From Felis catus (taxonomy: Eukaryota), in NCBI RefSeq assembly GCF_018350175.1, contig NC_058368.1, forward strand, positions 132,992,001-133,056,000: a stretch of DNA of 64,000 bases, in the 5' to 3' direction. Each line of letters starts with the position of its first letter. The stretch's first letter is position 1. Below are positions 24,301-39,100 of this stretch, piece after piece. Below the pieces are notes generated by a model that saw only the letters and a list, made by a program, of their open reading frames with translations, was not told the origin of the DNA and did not search any database. The translations under genes and the position numbers were made by a program.

Positions 24301-27300
24301 AAAAAGAGACAGAAAAAAGTTCCTAAAGAACTGAATGATCTTTAAATTTGAGATACAAAGGGGTTGGATTAGATGCTTTGGAAAAGCCCATTCCAAGTAT
24401 AGTGTCCCAGTGGAGAAAATTTGCAGATCAAAGAGATTTACAACTGGAAAGTCCTGTTTAATGCTTTAAATCCATGCAAAACTAATAAATAATAAGACCC
24501 ATATTTGTTACTTAACTTAATGGGATGTAGTAATTCTTTTGCACAGTAAAACAAATTTAATGTTATGCTCAAACATCTTTGTACCTTATACAATAGAAGA
24601 CAAGGGGTGAGGGGAAAAAAGGAGTGTCAGTACAGAAGCAAACATGGAGAAAAACTAGGCTCAGATGGTGGTAGTCTTGATTCATAGAGATCACTCACTC
24701 ACTCTGAACTAAGATATTTTATACAACTTTATGATAACTTGAAATGGTAATGCTGAGCAACAAATCTAACATCTGTTAGCAAGATACCACAGATTATAGT
24801 ATGTGCTATGAAGAACAAAACAGTGATGTTGTAGAGAGTAAATGAAGCTTTATATAAAGTCAGGGAAAGCCTCTTAGAGGGGATCGGTGACATGATACCT
24901 GAAGGATTTGACTGGCAGAAGCTGGGAGAAGAGTGTTTTGGCAGAAGGAATGCCAAATGAAATGCATCAGGTGGGAAAAACTTGGGTTTTCAATGAATAA
25001 ATAGAATGGCAGTCCGTATAGCTGAAGCTTTGTAAATGGGGGTGGTGGAAGTATGTGTTGTGAGATTTTGGAGAGAGAGATAGGGTACTGATTATAGGGC
25101 TTTTTGGTCATGGAAAAGAGTTTGAATTTTATTCTAAAGGTAATTAGAAGCCACTGATTAGTTTTAAGCAGGGTAAGACATGACTTTGGCATGTTTTAAG
25201 AAGATGATACACAGGCCACTTGACAAGTGTAAGTGATAATTGTTTCATCAACTTACATTTTCACCTTTACGAAGTCTTGTTCTTTGGTATTTGCTTAATC
25301 TTAGTTTGTAATAATATACAATCAGTGTTCAAAATTTTCTTAAATTGCATAAATGGAAAGTTGTAGTGTTTTTTTCCCCCTTGAAATGTCTTCGCATTTT
25401 TCTGCAGAATTTTCCATTTTCAAATTTTGAGATACTTTCTTTTCTAATTTAAGTTCACATTAAAAACATGTTCCTTGGGGCACCTGGGTGGCTCAGTTGA
25501 TTAAGTGTACTGCTCTTCGTTTCGGCTCAGGTACGATTCTGCAGCTTCGTGAGTTCAGGCCCCATATTGGGCTCTGTGCTGGTAACGTGGAGCCTGCTTG
25601 GGGGTTCTCTCTCTCTGCCCCTCCCCCATTCACGCTGTCTCTGTATCTCAAATAAATTTTAAAAAAGTTCCTTAATGCTTGAACTAAAAACTGAATTTAA
25701 TTATGTTACGAAAGATCATCCAAAGGTTTTTTTCTGTTCCTACCAGAGTATAAGTAAGTTTAATATTTTCGATTTCTTTTCTTAGGTAAACTTTGTACCT
25801 GTTTTAGTTTTAGTCTGTATATAGTGGTTCCCTGCCTTTACCACTTGGTAGCTCAGTAGCTTTGGGAAAATCATTAACTTCTGTAAGTCTTTTTCTTTGT
25901 GAAATTGGCATAATATTCATATCTATCTTCTAGGGTTAGCAAAAGTTAGGAGCCATGATTATTAACTATTAGGAACTTAGTCACTGTTGCTGAATGCCCA
26001 GGATACACTTGATTCTCACTATTTGTGAATTCTGTGCTTGTGAATTCACCAACTAGCTAAAATATGTTTGAAACCTCAAAATCAGTACATGGCGGTACTT
26101 TCTGGTCATTTCTTGACCCACAGAATGATGAATAATTTGAATTGCTTGATATGTTCATTTTCAGCTAAGTTCAAACAGCAGTACCCTGCCTTCTTGTCTT
26201 ACCTGTAATGCTGTGATATTTTTTGTGTATTTTTTTTTTGCTGATTTTGCTTTTTAAGCTAGTACCCAAGTATTGAAGTGCTGTCTCATGTTCCTGAGGG
26301 GCTGGAAGGCTGTGATGGGCCTTACGGAGAAAACCCAGGGGTTAGATAAGGTTCATTGAAGCACTGGTTGATAGTGCTTCTGGCTGTGAGTTCAATGTTA
26401 ATGAATCAGCATTATATATTACATTAGGTGTCTTTAACTAGAAACAGATAAAACAAGATAATGCAGTTATTGGTGATGAAACTGTGACCAGAAGCTTTCA
26501 GGAACCTAGCCCTGTATTTTCCCTAGGAGTGATAACATATTCAGTAATCCAGTTCATGGCAACTTCATAGTACGTAACTACTGTGAAAATGAGAATTGAC
26601 TGTTCATTTTTAGTTTCAAGTTTGAAAGTATTTAAAATACCCAGATAAGAATTATGTTGTATTTCTGGGGTGTTTCGGTGGCTCAGTCAGTTAAGTGTCT
26701 GGCTTTGGCTCAGGTCATGATCTTGTGATTAATGAGTTCGAGCCCCACGTCAGGCTCTGTGCCCACAGCCCAGAGCCTAGAGCCTGCTTTGGAGTGTGTG
26801 TCTCCCTCTCTCTCTCTCTGCCCTTCCCTGATTGCAATCTCTCTCTCAAAAATAAATAAACATTAAAGACATTTTTATGTCTTTAAAAAAAAGAATTAGG
26901 TTACATTTCTAATTGTACATAGAACTTCTGTGACCTCACTTTCAATAATTTAGACACACACCTGGACTCCCTAGTCACTTTCCATTCTTGTTGAGTTGAT
27001 TGTTGCTTTTTAAGATTAAAGAGTGGTAATGTTTGATGCTAATAGAAAATATGTGATTTTTTGTTTGTTTGTTTGTTTTTTTGTAGTTGGGTGTTTCCCT
27101 TAGCAGTTTGGGAGCTATACCAGCAGCAGCACTAGACCCCAACATTGCAACACTTGGAGAGATACCACAGCCACCGCTTATGGGAAATGTGGATCCTTCC
27201 AAAATTGATGAAATTAGGAGAACAGTCTACGTTGGCAATTTGAATTCCCAGGTAACTAATTTAAGAAAAAAGTGAGTGGTAGGACCTCTTAATCTTTTCC

Positions 27301-30300
27301 CATTCTTAAAAGTCCTATCGATTGATAAAATAATATTTACCTAATTTTTAAAAAAGAGTATACTTTATTAAAGCGTGACTTTGTTTCTTCAGACAACGAC
27401 AGCTGATCAACTTCTTGAATTTTTTAAACAAGTTGGAGAAGTGAAGTTTGTGCGGATGGCAGGTGATGAGACTCAGCCAACTCGGTTTGCTTTTGTGGAA
27501 TTTGCAGACCAAAATTCTGTACCAAGGGCCCTTGCTTTTAATGGAGTTATGTTTGGAGACAGGCCACTGAAGTAAGAAACCCTAAACAAAGAAATTTTAA
27601 TGATTTTGGAAAAACTTAAAGTATTGCTGATATAATTAAGGCCTTTTTTTTTTTTCTTTTTAATAGTAATTGGCAATTTGTGGAAAGGAAGACTTTGTGT
27701 TAAGTATAAATGAAATACATGGGTTACTTACCATTTTAGTCTTTAAAGTTATATTTCACAATGTCTTATTTTCTATTTTATAAGATCTGATTTGATGTTA
27801 ACATTATATGCTTTGTGTAATGATTGTAGGTCTTTTTCTATAAGCTATAATAAGATTGGTTTTGCTTTATAACTAGACTTACAGATGATTTAACATAGAG
27901 TTGAACTTAGAGTAATACAGTAATGAGAATTTTGGTAAGTCCAAGATCCCAGGAAGAAAATAGTATTAAATATTTAGAAATGCTTTAAATCATACATTTT
28001 GAATTTTAATATTTTCTGATATTCTTGTTTGCAAAATGAAAAATTGGTGTAGACTTTACATGTTCAAGACCAGAAATTCTATTTCATGCAGATTATTGAG
28101 GCAGCAGTTTTATCTGAACTTCGTAGGTAATTGCATTAGTTATACAGCTTGATCACGATTCAGGTATGAAAGGATAAAAATCTCTTTCTAGTGAATGCTT
28201 GTCTTCTCAATGTGAAAGGGGTAAAGCGAGACTCACCAAATTCATTTATGTGCATCAGAGAAACCACTGTAACCTGCTAGGGAAGAGTTTTATCAGGTGC
28301 TTCCCACGTTCAAAGTTATAGCTGACTCACCCATGGTTCACAGTTGATTAAAATTGTGCACATAATACACAGCTTCCCCTTCAACCTCCTGGGCTGCAGA
28401 GCTATCAACAAAATCTTGTAAGACGAGAAATGATTCATTTTAATATTGGTGTTAGCATTTTAATTTATTATAATTCTAAGTTGTGTGGAAAAGCACTTGT
28501 CCTGGTATATTGAAGTTGTTAAAGAAATCAACTAGGGTTCAGTTTTTCCTTCTTTTTTTCCTTGCTTTTGACTTTGTTAGCAAGAGGTAAGGATGGGTGA
28601 TAACGAGAAGAATTATGGTTTTGATGTTGGTTTTGGTTATTCTGTATTTAGCTGTATTGTTCTTAGTGTGCTTTCAAGCTGTCCTCACATATGTAAATCT
28701 TTGTATCATGTAAACATTTGTTTTATGTTTTGTAAAATATGGTGTGTATTTGTGATATGCTAATATTTTTAATTTAGAATTAATCACTCCAACAATGCAA
28801 TAGTAAAACCCCCTGAGATGACACCTCAGGCTGCAGCTAAGGAGTTAGAAGAAGTAATGAAGCGAGTGCGAGAGGCTCAGTCATTTATCTCAGCAGCCAT
28901 TGAACCAGGTAAGGCAATAGTGTTGTTACATAGGTCACACTTTAAGATCAGAGAATCGTAGAACTGGAAGGAATTTTAGAAATTATCTTGGTTAGTCCCT
29001 TCATTTTACAAGAAGACTGAAACTCGAGAAAGAGTAAGTGACTTACTAGTGTCTAAGGTCAAAGAACTGCTTAGCCCAAATATGTTTTCCCTTGATACTG
29101 AATTTTAAGGCACATTAACTTGAGTTAATCAGTTCTTTATATTTTCATAGCACAGTTAGTGCTCAAAACTGATTTGCTTAAAGCAAGGTATAAATGTTAT
29201 TATGAAGCTAAAAACAAGAACAAATATACTTAAAATGTTCTAATTGAGAAGATTCACTTTCCTTCAAAGTTTTAATTTTAAAAATAGGAAAGAGAACCCA
29301 TGATTCAGAAAAAATACAGGGACTGTTTTAGCAAGATAAAAAGGAACACCTACTGAGACTTTATGTTGCTTTTACTAAAAGTTAAAAATCCAAGCAAAAA
29401 TGTGTAGGTGGTTTACAGTTGAGCACATTTTCTAAATTAGCACTCAGAATTTAAGCTTCGCTCTAGCAAAATAAATGGAGAGAAGATTTACAGTCACTGT
29501 CCTAGGAATTACAGACATGTTATAATCGTACGTTATGGCAGCAACAAAATACTACGAACAGCTGTTTATAATCATCTGGTTTATATGTACTGCTGCAGGG
29601 TGGCTGCACTCAACGAGTTTATGCAATGACTTTCTTGGATGTTTCTGAAGGATAATTGCACAGGAGGAGGATGTACAGAGAGTAGGCCCCTTGCACTATA
29701 TGTGGTACATTCCACTTGTGCCTGATTATTAACTGGGATCTTTAATTGTTCTGAGCTTACACTGCAAAGTGGTTTTTTCCTCCCAGAGTCTGGAAAGAGC
29801 AATGAAAGAAAAGGCGGTCGATCTCGTTCCCACACTCGCTCAAAATCCAGGTCTAGTTCAAAATCCCATTCTAGACGAAAAAGATCACAGTCAAAACACA
29901 GGTGAGAACTTCTGCTATCATCTTCTAAAGTTTTGTTGTCTTGTATTTAAAATAGTTAAGATTTTCTGATTTTTCTTTAAATACCAGAATTTAGAAACTT
30001 CAGCGGAGTTCAGGAATTATGGTTACCATTAAATGTTGCTTTAATTATAATACTGTAGTTAAGAATGAAATTTTATCTAATCAGTGTATAATTTTTATGA
30101 TCTCAACTAATTTTCAGTTTTAGAAGTTAGTTTTCTTTTGTAAGGTGCTCTAATCCTGAATTTCCTACGACTAAACCAGCCTTCATACAGAACCGGCAGA
30201 AACTTTTCATTCTTTTTATTGAGAAAAGGGAACTCCACCCAACCCTCTGTCTTCTCAAGGCTTGGGGTATAGAACTTCAGATCTTGGTTTCCAGTAGTTA

Positions 30301-33300
30301 CCTATCTCTAGTCCCATGCGTCAAAAGGGGTGCTTCACATCTTTGGTAACATTGATGGTAAGAGCCTTCTGCACCTACTTTGGGAGCTGAAACACAGGAG
30401 TAACTTGGCAGCTGTAGCTCCAGCTGTTATGCTTCAACTCTGTTTCTTTTCTATTTATCTTTTTGTTTTTGTTGTTTCTGTATTTTGAGAGAGAGAATGC
30501 GTGCGTGTGAGTAGGGAGGCATAGAGAGAAAGAAGAATCCCAAGCAGGCCCTGCACTGTCAGTGGGTAGCGCAAAGAGTGGTTTGATCCCACAACCGTGA
30601 GATCATGACCTGAGCCAAAATCAAGGGTTGGATGTTTAACTGACTGAGCCACCCAGCTGTCCGTATTTATCTTACTTTTGAGTACAGTTCTATCCTTTTA
30701 ATTTTCTTTATTAAAAAAAAATTCTGTTTCGTTGTATTTAGTCCAGAGTGGACCTCAGAATGTAAACTTGTGACAGCATCTTGATTTGAAGTGTCCTAAA
30801 GAATCGTGGCTAAAGTGATAACTTCTGTTGTCTTCTTTAAGATACAGAGGGAGGTGATATTGAAATGTGAAATTGTATATAATGGATCCTAATTACGTGT
30901 TATATGTGCGTGCATGCTGCAGTCTAAAGAGAAGGGGTAGAGGAAGGTGTGTGTGTGTCTGTGCTGGGTGTGTGGTGGTATTAGAGGAGGAGGAGGGCTT
31001 GAGGGGAGGGAAGAAAGGAAACCAGTATGTGGTATGTTGAACCTCTTTAGCAAGCTCAGTTTAGTCTGTTTTTCTACGATACCAAGGAAATTAAAGCAAT
31101 GAAATGGAAAAAAAAAATACGATGTTCTTTGTTTGACTCTAGTGAACTATTCTTCTAGCTATTTACTCGTATATACTTTTCTGTTATTAGTTTGTAAAAT
31201 CTTGTTGGGGATATGGTTTTACTGTTTCCCTTCAAGGCCTTCCAGCAAGGCAAGTTCAGATCCAAGTGAAGGAAGTTGTGTCACATACAAGAAACAAGGC
31301 AGTGCCACAGGAGCCAGAGTTGGAGAAGGAAAGTGGTACAGAAACAGTGGTACTAGGTTGTGGATATTTCTGCAGGTTGACAGGCTGTGATGAAGGTAAA
31401 GGAGTTACAGGAAATACAGAATTGAGCTGAAGAGTAATTACTTTTTTTCTGAAGAAAAAAAGAGACCCAAGACCTGAATCTCATTTTGTGTTGATGACAA
31501 GATGTGTGCTCCAAGTCTGATACCTTCATGGTTTTCTAAGGTTGGAAAAAAGCAAAACTTGATTAACATTTGTTTCTTTGATGAGGTCTGTGAATTCAGA
31601 TTTATCTGTTGGAGTATATTATTTAATTCTGTTTTAAGGTGCTTGGTCTTATTTTAGGTTAGGTATATTTGGATATTTTCCCTTTCCAAGGGTTAGTGGG
31701 AGAAGGATTATTCAGTCTAAAATGAAATTTATGAAATAAATATTTAAAGTAATTTGTTAATTGTTCTTAATTCGTGAGAATGCTTTCCTGTAGGTCTGAC
31801 TACATAGCAATAGAAATTGCTTGGGTTTTTTTTTTTGTATTTTTTTTTTTTAATGTTTATTTTTGAGAGAGAGAGAGAGTGGGGGAGGGGCAGAGAGAGA
31901 GGGAGACACAGAATTTGAAACAGACTCCAGGCTCTGAGCTGTCAACACAGAGCCCAATGTGGGGCTTGAACTCAGGAGCTGTGAGATCGTGACCTGAGCC
32001 AAAGTCGGATGCTTAACCTACTGAGCCACCCTGAATTACTGGGTAATTTCAGGTGTTCCAGAAATTGCTTGTTCTTGACATATACATGCACATATATATA
32101 TACCTACCACTCACATAGATTTATTTTATGAATTTGTACTATTTTTTATATATGTAGAACCACATGTGACCTTTACTGAGCTCATAAAGAAATACAAAAG
32201 AAGATAGGTTCTTTTTAAGGGGACAAAAAAAATCCCTTACTCAGAAACATTTGACTTATGGATCTTGATATGGAGGAAGCTACTCCTGTTACCACTTCCC
32301 TGGTAGGGGAGGAGGGGGGTGGTAGGCATTTCTTGGCTTCCCCTCCCCTGCTAGTTGGATTTGATACCAACCTCAGCTCTGGTTCTCCCCCACTAAACTT
32401 AATAGCAGGAGTGTGAGTTTAGAATCCTTTGCTTTTGAAGGCCTACCCTCTTCCACTTTCTCAGCATTCTCAGATGCTTCTAGATCCCTCCTTCTAGGCC
32501 CAACACCCCTGCGCCCCCATCCTTTCCCAGTTCCTTCCCCTTTTATAATAGGAGGTAGGAAGGAGTTTCTTATCACTTTGACCTTCATGAGTAACCTTGA
32601 CAGACCAGCATGGGAACTCTTAAGACATTTTATATTATTTTAATGGGAAACAGCGGACTTAGAGTTGAACTTTGATGAGACATAATGGTAAGTTGCCCTG
32701 TATTTGCAGTTTAATTTATAAATGTAGTTTTGTATTTTATGCTAAAATAAGATCTAATGATCACTGAAGTCTTTATCTGTGGTTGGATTAGATTTGCTTT
32801 TGACTTGAAGCTTTTAGTGATCCTAATCACAACACTTCTTGTAGGTGACTAGTGGGTGAGATAGGGACTTGAAAGTATTTAATGTCAAAACTAAAATACT
32901 ACAGTAATTACTCTTGGGACTTTCAAACTCTGAGGACCATAGGGTAAGATATGAAGTCACGTGAACAGTGTGCTTTTTTAAATTAATTTTTACTTACTAA
33001 GGCTACACTTAATTTTTTAAAAGGTGTTTCTTTGTTTAAGGTTGGAAAGCAGTGTTGGAGGAAAACAAAATTACTATGTATATTTTCAGTAAGATTAACT
33101 AGAACAGAAATGTTAAGACTTTCAATTAAGTACATAGAAGCAAAGGCCTTGTAAAATATTACCATTATGTGGATTCCTATAAATGGATTAAAAAAGTTTT
33201 CAGTTTTGCCTTAATATCTAGTACTTGACTATTAGTAATAAAGATGTCTACAAACTGACTTACCTTCTTGTATCAAAAATGTGGTATGAAGATGACCATA

Positions 33301-36090
33301 TAATTTTAAAGCAATATAATAGATGAGCGATTCAGTTGAGAATTAGCTATTAGAAGACAAATTTTAACTAACTGAAAAATGTGTTTAAAAAACAAGATTT
33401 GATTAATGGAAAATTGGAGATTTTTCTGGTTTTTTAGCATACCACAAACATTTAACTGTATGTATTTTATAGATCTTTGTTTTTAATTCCTGAAAACATG
33501 ACTATCAAGATGAATTTTAATTGTATAAAGCATACTTGTGGAAATTTATATGATCTCCTTGGAATATATAAAGATAGAAAGTTTTCACTTATGTTAATTA
33601 TTAATAGTGATGTTATTGAGCGTTAAGGATCTTAAGCATTTACTCTGTGCCAGACTGCTAGGCAGTCTTCCGTGTATCATCTGACTCAGTCCTCATGACA
33701 GCCATAGGTGATGTAGGTATGATTTTGACTCCCAACTTTATAGACGAAGAAACTAGGCTTAGAGAGGGTAATGACTAGCCGGAGTTCTCAGAGCCAGCTA
33801 GTGTGTGGCACAGCTGTGTCAGAGCCGGATTGTTTCACTCCAAAGCTGGTGAGTCTTACCACTTTGTTATTTAAGTCGTGTGCATTCAGTTTTGTTATAT
33901 TTTAATACATAGTTGCTAAGATATGACATTATGAGAAAAGTCACGTCACATAAGATTTCAGTGGGAAGAAGGGGCCTAGAGAATTTCAGAATTGGAGTAA
34001 GAGTTATTTTTCCTGCAAGAATTCCAGTAATAAAGGTTTCTTTTAATAGCTGTGTTTATGTAGTTATAAAATCAAGGTCTTGCGAACCCAACATTTAATT
34101 ATATATAGCTTTAACTCATGAGTGATGTTTACTTTCCTGTCACACTAGCAGCATAATTAGTACTGTGCATCTTTAATACATTCTTAGTGTATGTTATGAC
34201 AAACCTTTCACAGCCATTTAGAGAAACCATTCAGGCATACAACCACTGTTTCTTGTCGGACTTTAACCACAAGCTGTCCTGTTCCATGTAAGTCAAGAGT
34301 TAAATTTAATTTATGCTATAAAAACTTGTTCTGTGAGAGCAGTCCTATAATAATTGGTATATAATAATTAGCAAAGGAAAGCCAAAAGCCACACTTGGAT
34401 ATACCAGCTTCAGTCTGACATAGAAGAGAACTTAATTTCTTTCTCTGTCTTTGTGTTCTGGATAATGAACTATTTGGTAAAGTTGCCAATAAATAATTTA
34501 TTTCAAATAATCTAAAGCATTTCATAATAGAGAATTTTAAAATACTGATAAATACTGTTGGGGTCAGTTTAAAATTTTTCTTACCTGAAAGACATCTTTA
34601 ATTTTTTTTTTTTTTAATTATTTTTTTTCAACGTTTATTTATTTTTGGGACAGAGAGAGACAGAGCATGAACGGGGGAGGGGCAGAGAGAGAGGGAAACA
34701 CAGAATCGGAAACAGGCTCCAGGCTCTGAGCCATCAGCCCAGAGCCCGACGTGGGGCTCGAACTCACGGACTGCGAGATTGTGACCTGGCTGAAGTCGGA
34801 CGCCCAACCGACTGCGCCACCCAGGCGCCCCATTTAATTTTTAAAAACAAATTCTAAGAGTAAGTTTTGACATTCCAACAACTTGTTTTTCTTTAGGAGT
34901 AGATCCCATAATAGATCACGTTCAAGACAAAAAGACAGACGTAGATCTAAGAGCCCACATAAAAAGCGCTCTAAATCAAGGGAGAGACGGAAGTCACGGA
35001 GTCGTTCACGTTCACGGTGAGTTTTGGGGAAGTTAGTGTTAATTTTTTTATGGCTTCATTTGTTAAAAAATTACTGTGGTTTAGGTTTTTAATGGGAGGC
35101 ATGCAACTTATTTCTGATTGTTTTAGTAGTGATTAATATTGATTGCCATTGATTTGAGTCTAATGATCAGAATGACTCTTGAGGTTTCTAAAATACTTAA
35201 TTGAGCCTGATAATTGTTTCGTTTAGCAGCTTCATGTGCACCTGGGTTATATAGAAATTATTATGTAATGTATTCTAAGCTAGTATAAATTGTGTTTATA
35301 ATTGTTGAGGACAGAGAGGGAGGTCCTTTTTGGGGAGTAGAATAATTTTAGTTGTGAATTTATTTATTTATTTTTGTTTTTAAAGGGACAAGAGAAAAGA
35401 CACCCGAGAAAAGATCAAGGAAAAGGAAAGAGTGAAAGAAAAAGATAGAGAAAAGGAAAGGGAAAAAGAGAGAGACAGGGAGAAGGAACGTGAAAAAGAA
35501 AAAGAACGGGGTAAAAACAAAGATAAAGACCGGGAAAAGGACCGGGATAAAGACAAGGAAAAAGACAGAGAGAGAGAGCGGGAAAAAGAGCATGAAAAGG
35601 AGCGAGACAAGGAAAAGGAAAAGGAGCAGGACAAAGAAAAGGAACGGGACAAGGACAGATCCAAAGAGATAGATGAGAAAAGAAAGAAGGATAAAAAATC
35701 CAGAACACCACCCAGAAGTTACAATGCATCAAGAAGATCTCGTAGTTCCAGCAGGTTTGATAATGCTTAAAATTTTTACTGGTGACAAATGAATACGTGA
35801 ATTATTCCATGCAAGAGAAAACAGTCCAATAATACGAGAACATTTCCTTCTAATTGCAGAGTAAACATTTCTCTCTTAGAGCATTTGCCACAGTGTTGAA
35901 TCTGTGAGGAGAAAGATATGATAATCGGGCAAAATGATCTGAAAAGTTTTAACTGTTGTAATCCACTGTTTTAACCCTGGTGGTGGCAGTGGCTGCTATT
36001 GCATATTTTCTTGGAGGATGAGGTAGCAAGGGCGCGTTTTTCTTTTCTTTTCTTTTCTTTTCTTTTCTTTTCTTTTCTTTTCTTTTCTTT

Positions 36091-36166
<76 letters not shown>

Positions 36167-39100
36167 TCAAATAGGGAAGAATCGATCTCAGACTTCTATA
36201 TTTCTTTGGAATGATATGGTAAATTTAATATGAAAATGATTATTAAAATTGCAATTTTAGTCCTTTTTGTCTTTTTAATTTTTACTGCTCTCTTTTCTTG
36301 AGTGAGTGCATCATGTTTAAATTTTGGTTTTCGCTTATCTGTCAATTTTAAGGTTTTGCTTTTTTCTTAGAGATTGTTCCCTCTATTAATAAGTACACTG
36401 CCACCAGGTGGCAGCAGGTTGCCATAGTAACAGCTGCAAAAAAGAGGACCTTCCTTGATTCAAGATTATCTAAACCTGTATCCATTACTTCAGAGGATAC
36501 CATAACTGATAAACGGAGATTCCTAACTTGTGTTAAGCTAGATATTAAAAATACATGTGTTAGCCAGTGTTATGTATACTTTAAATGTGGTTTTGCATAG
36601 AAAATAATTGGAGATGAATGTATATTTCCTGTTTTTATTAACTTTAGGCTGTTCTTAATACCAGTCTTTGGTTAGGTAATACAAGATAATTGCAGGCATT
36701 TATTGAATGCCTTACCATATACCAGATTTTGTCTCAGCACAGTTTGTCATGACCTACCTTATTTAATCTTCACAGTAAGTCTGTGAAAAGACTGTTACTA
36801 TCATGGTTTCAAAATATGAAGAAATTGAAGCTTAGGGGAAATTCTCCATCTGCTCTGCACTTTCTTATTAGAAGTACAGTAGCTCTTTTCTCTTCTTTTT
36901 AGGAGGTTAAGTTTAGTTGAGAGTTCTATAACCAGTACTTGGTACCTGATTTTAAAAACTGCCTCAGAAGGATGAAGTTGAGAGCAGCAGTCTATGTTCA
37001 AATGGGGCTTATAATAGATGGCTGCCATATTTTGGCACACCGGACCTGAAACTGAAGAATTACCTTGGCCTCATTGCTGTGGATACCAGTTGAGCCTCAC
37101 AACTGCCGCTTCACTGCACAGTGATTTTATTGTCACATGTTCTGTTGTGTTTATGTGGTCATTTAGTCACTACCCTTTGTAACACAAATACTGTTTTGAT
37201 TCCTTTTAAATTCAGTTGCATTTCTTTTTTGTTGACTTTGAAATGTTTAATTTTTTCAGGGGCCATTTTAAGTTGTTTGACATTCAAGAAAGTTCAGATA
37301 TTCACATTCATTCTTAAATATATTCTTAACTAGCCACTGGGGCCTGGAGAATAAACGCTGACTGACATCCGTTTCTAAAGGTTCAGAAGTTTGGAATGTT
37401 TCATGCTTTCACAAGAGCTTGGCGAAGAGTTACAGTTTGTTAGCTTTTAGCGTTTTTCTGTTTCTCATGGGCTCTGAATTGTTGAGTACACAGAAAACAT
37501 TTTAACTGCTCAGAAAAAGAGTGTGCTTGGTATTTTTATTTTCAAGATTGTCCCCTAATCTGCATTTTTTAAAAAAATTTTGATGTTTAAGCAGAAAATA
37601 TTTATTGACACTGGGTTTGTGCGAGAGACTGTACTTGGTGCTTTACAAGTATTATCTTAAATCCTCATCACAGCACCACAAGGCATGAGTTATTAACTCC
37701 GTTTTCCAGTTGGAAAAATTGAGACTCAGATTATGTAATATGACCCTAGTTATGCAGCTGATAAGGTGTGGAACCAAAGTTTCAATCTAAGTCTAACCAA
37801 CTACAGTTCTTCAAACTACAGCTGACTGCTTTTTTATCAACAAATTGACACTCTAGATTGCTGTCTTTCCAGCCTTAGCTCTCAGTGACATCAGGTATTA
37901 GTCATTAGATGTCCCCCTGTACATAGTGCTTCTTGAGTGAAGACTTAAACTGGTCAGAGTAGAATCATTTTGTGTAAACACGTAAGATACACTGACATTC
38001 TCATGCTGTGAGATAAGTACCTCCCGTACTTGTGCTGAGCCGTTAAGACATGGCATTAACTGAATGGAATATCGTTACCTAATTTTCACTTTAGTCAGGA
38101 CGTGTAATTTTGGGGCGTCATGGAACTATAAATTGGGTAATGGATGAGAGAGCCTTAGGTAGAATTGGAATTGTGTTTCCAAAGGTCTTGAGGTTTTTTT
38201 TTAAACATTTGTATCTACCACATCTGAGCATTATCTAGTTTTTTTTATATTTTATAATGAGAGGTGTTGGCAAAATGTTTTATTAGCCTAGAATCTTCTT
38301 GCTGAAGTGGTATGGAGGACTTGAATTCTAGGGGATTTGGTTCTTTCACCTATATGGCCCAATAATCAGGGCTTCTTGTGAGATAGGTCGTTAGACACAT
38401 TAATTGTAATTAGTATGTTCCCCTGTCTTATCCCCTGAATTATGGACATCTTGAAATTCATTGTTTCTCATTTGGCCAGATTTTCAATGAAGTAATTTTG
38501 AATATGCATTATTTGCTAACAAGTTAAGCAAAATAGTTTTTAATAATACTAAACAATGTTAATCAAGGTAGTAGTTATTTTTTATTTCATATTTAAGCCC
38601 CAGGCTTTAACTGTTTTACTTTTGTCTTAGCAACTTGTGCACTCAGTTTTAAATGAATAGAGTAATAAAATGGTAGGAAGTTGGAGGGTAAAACAATTTC
38701 TCTGGAAAGTGAATTAATGTAAATACTTTTTTAGAGACATTCTAAATGCTCAGATCTGATAAGTTCACTTTTTACAAGCCAGCTTAATCTTTTAGTTCTT
38801 GAAAAGGGCCTATTACCTTGTTAAGAAATAATCCACAGTGGGGCAGTGAGGAGCTAGAAGCATGACAGAGGATCTGGATAAATAAAAAAATGTTTTAGAT
38901 GCTGAGGAAGAACCTACTTGAGAGAATCAGAAACATCTAATATTCTTTCTATTCAGGAAATTATTGTTCACATAAACCAGATGAAAAGAAGGTCTTCTAC
39001 CTTTTCCGTTATGAAATCTTAGAACATATTTTCCATGTCTATAAAATTGCTCAGAATTTGACCTGCACTGAAATGAGATAACATGAGTTTAAACTAACCT

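Noticed and set aside
35360..35732. Minus-strand Ser/Phe/Leu-rich ORFs
   Set aside because: Antisense shadows of the purine-rich EK exon
35949..36214. KERK-repeat ORF resembling a second EK domain
   Set aside because: Translation of the (TTTTC)n(TTTC)n microsatellite on the opposite strand, with no codon variation
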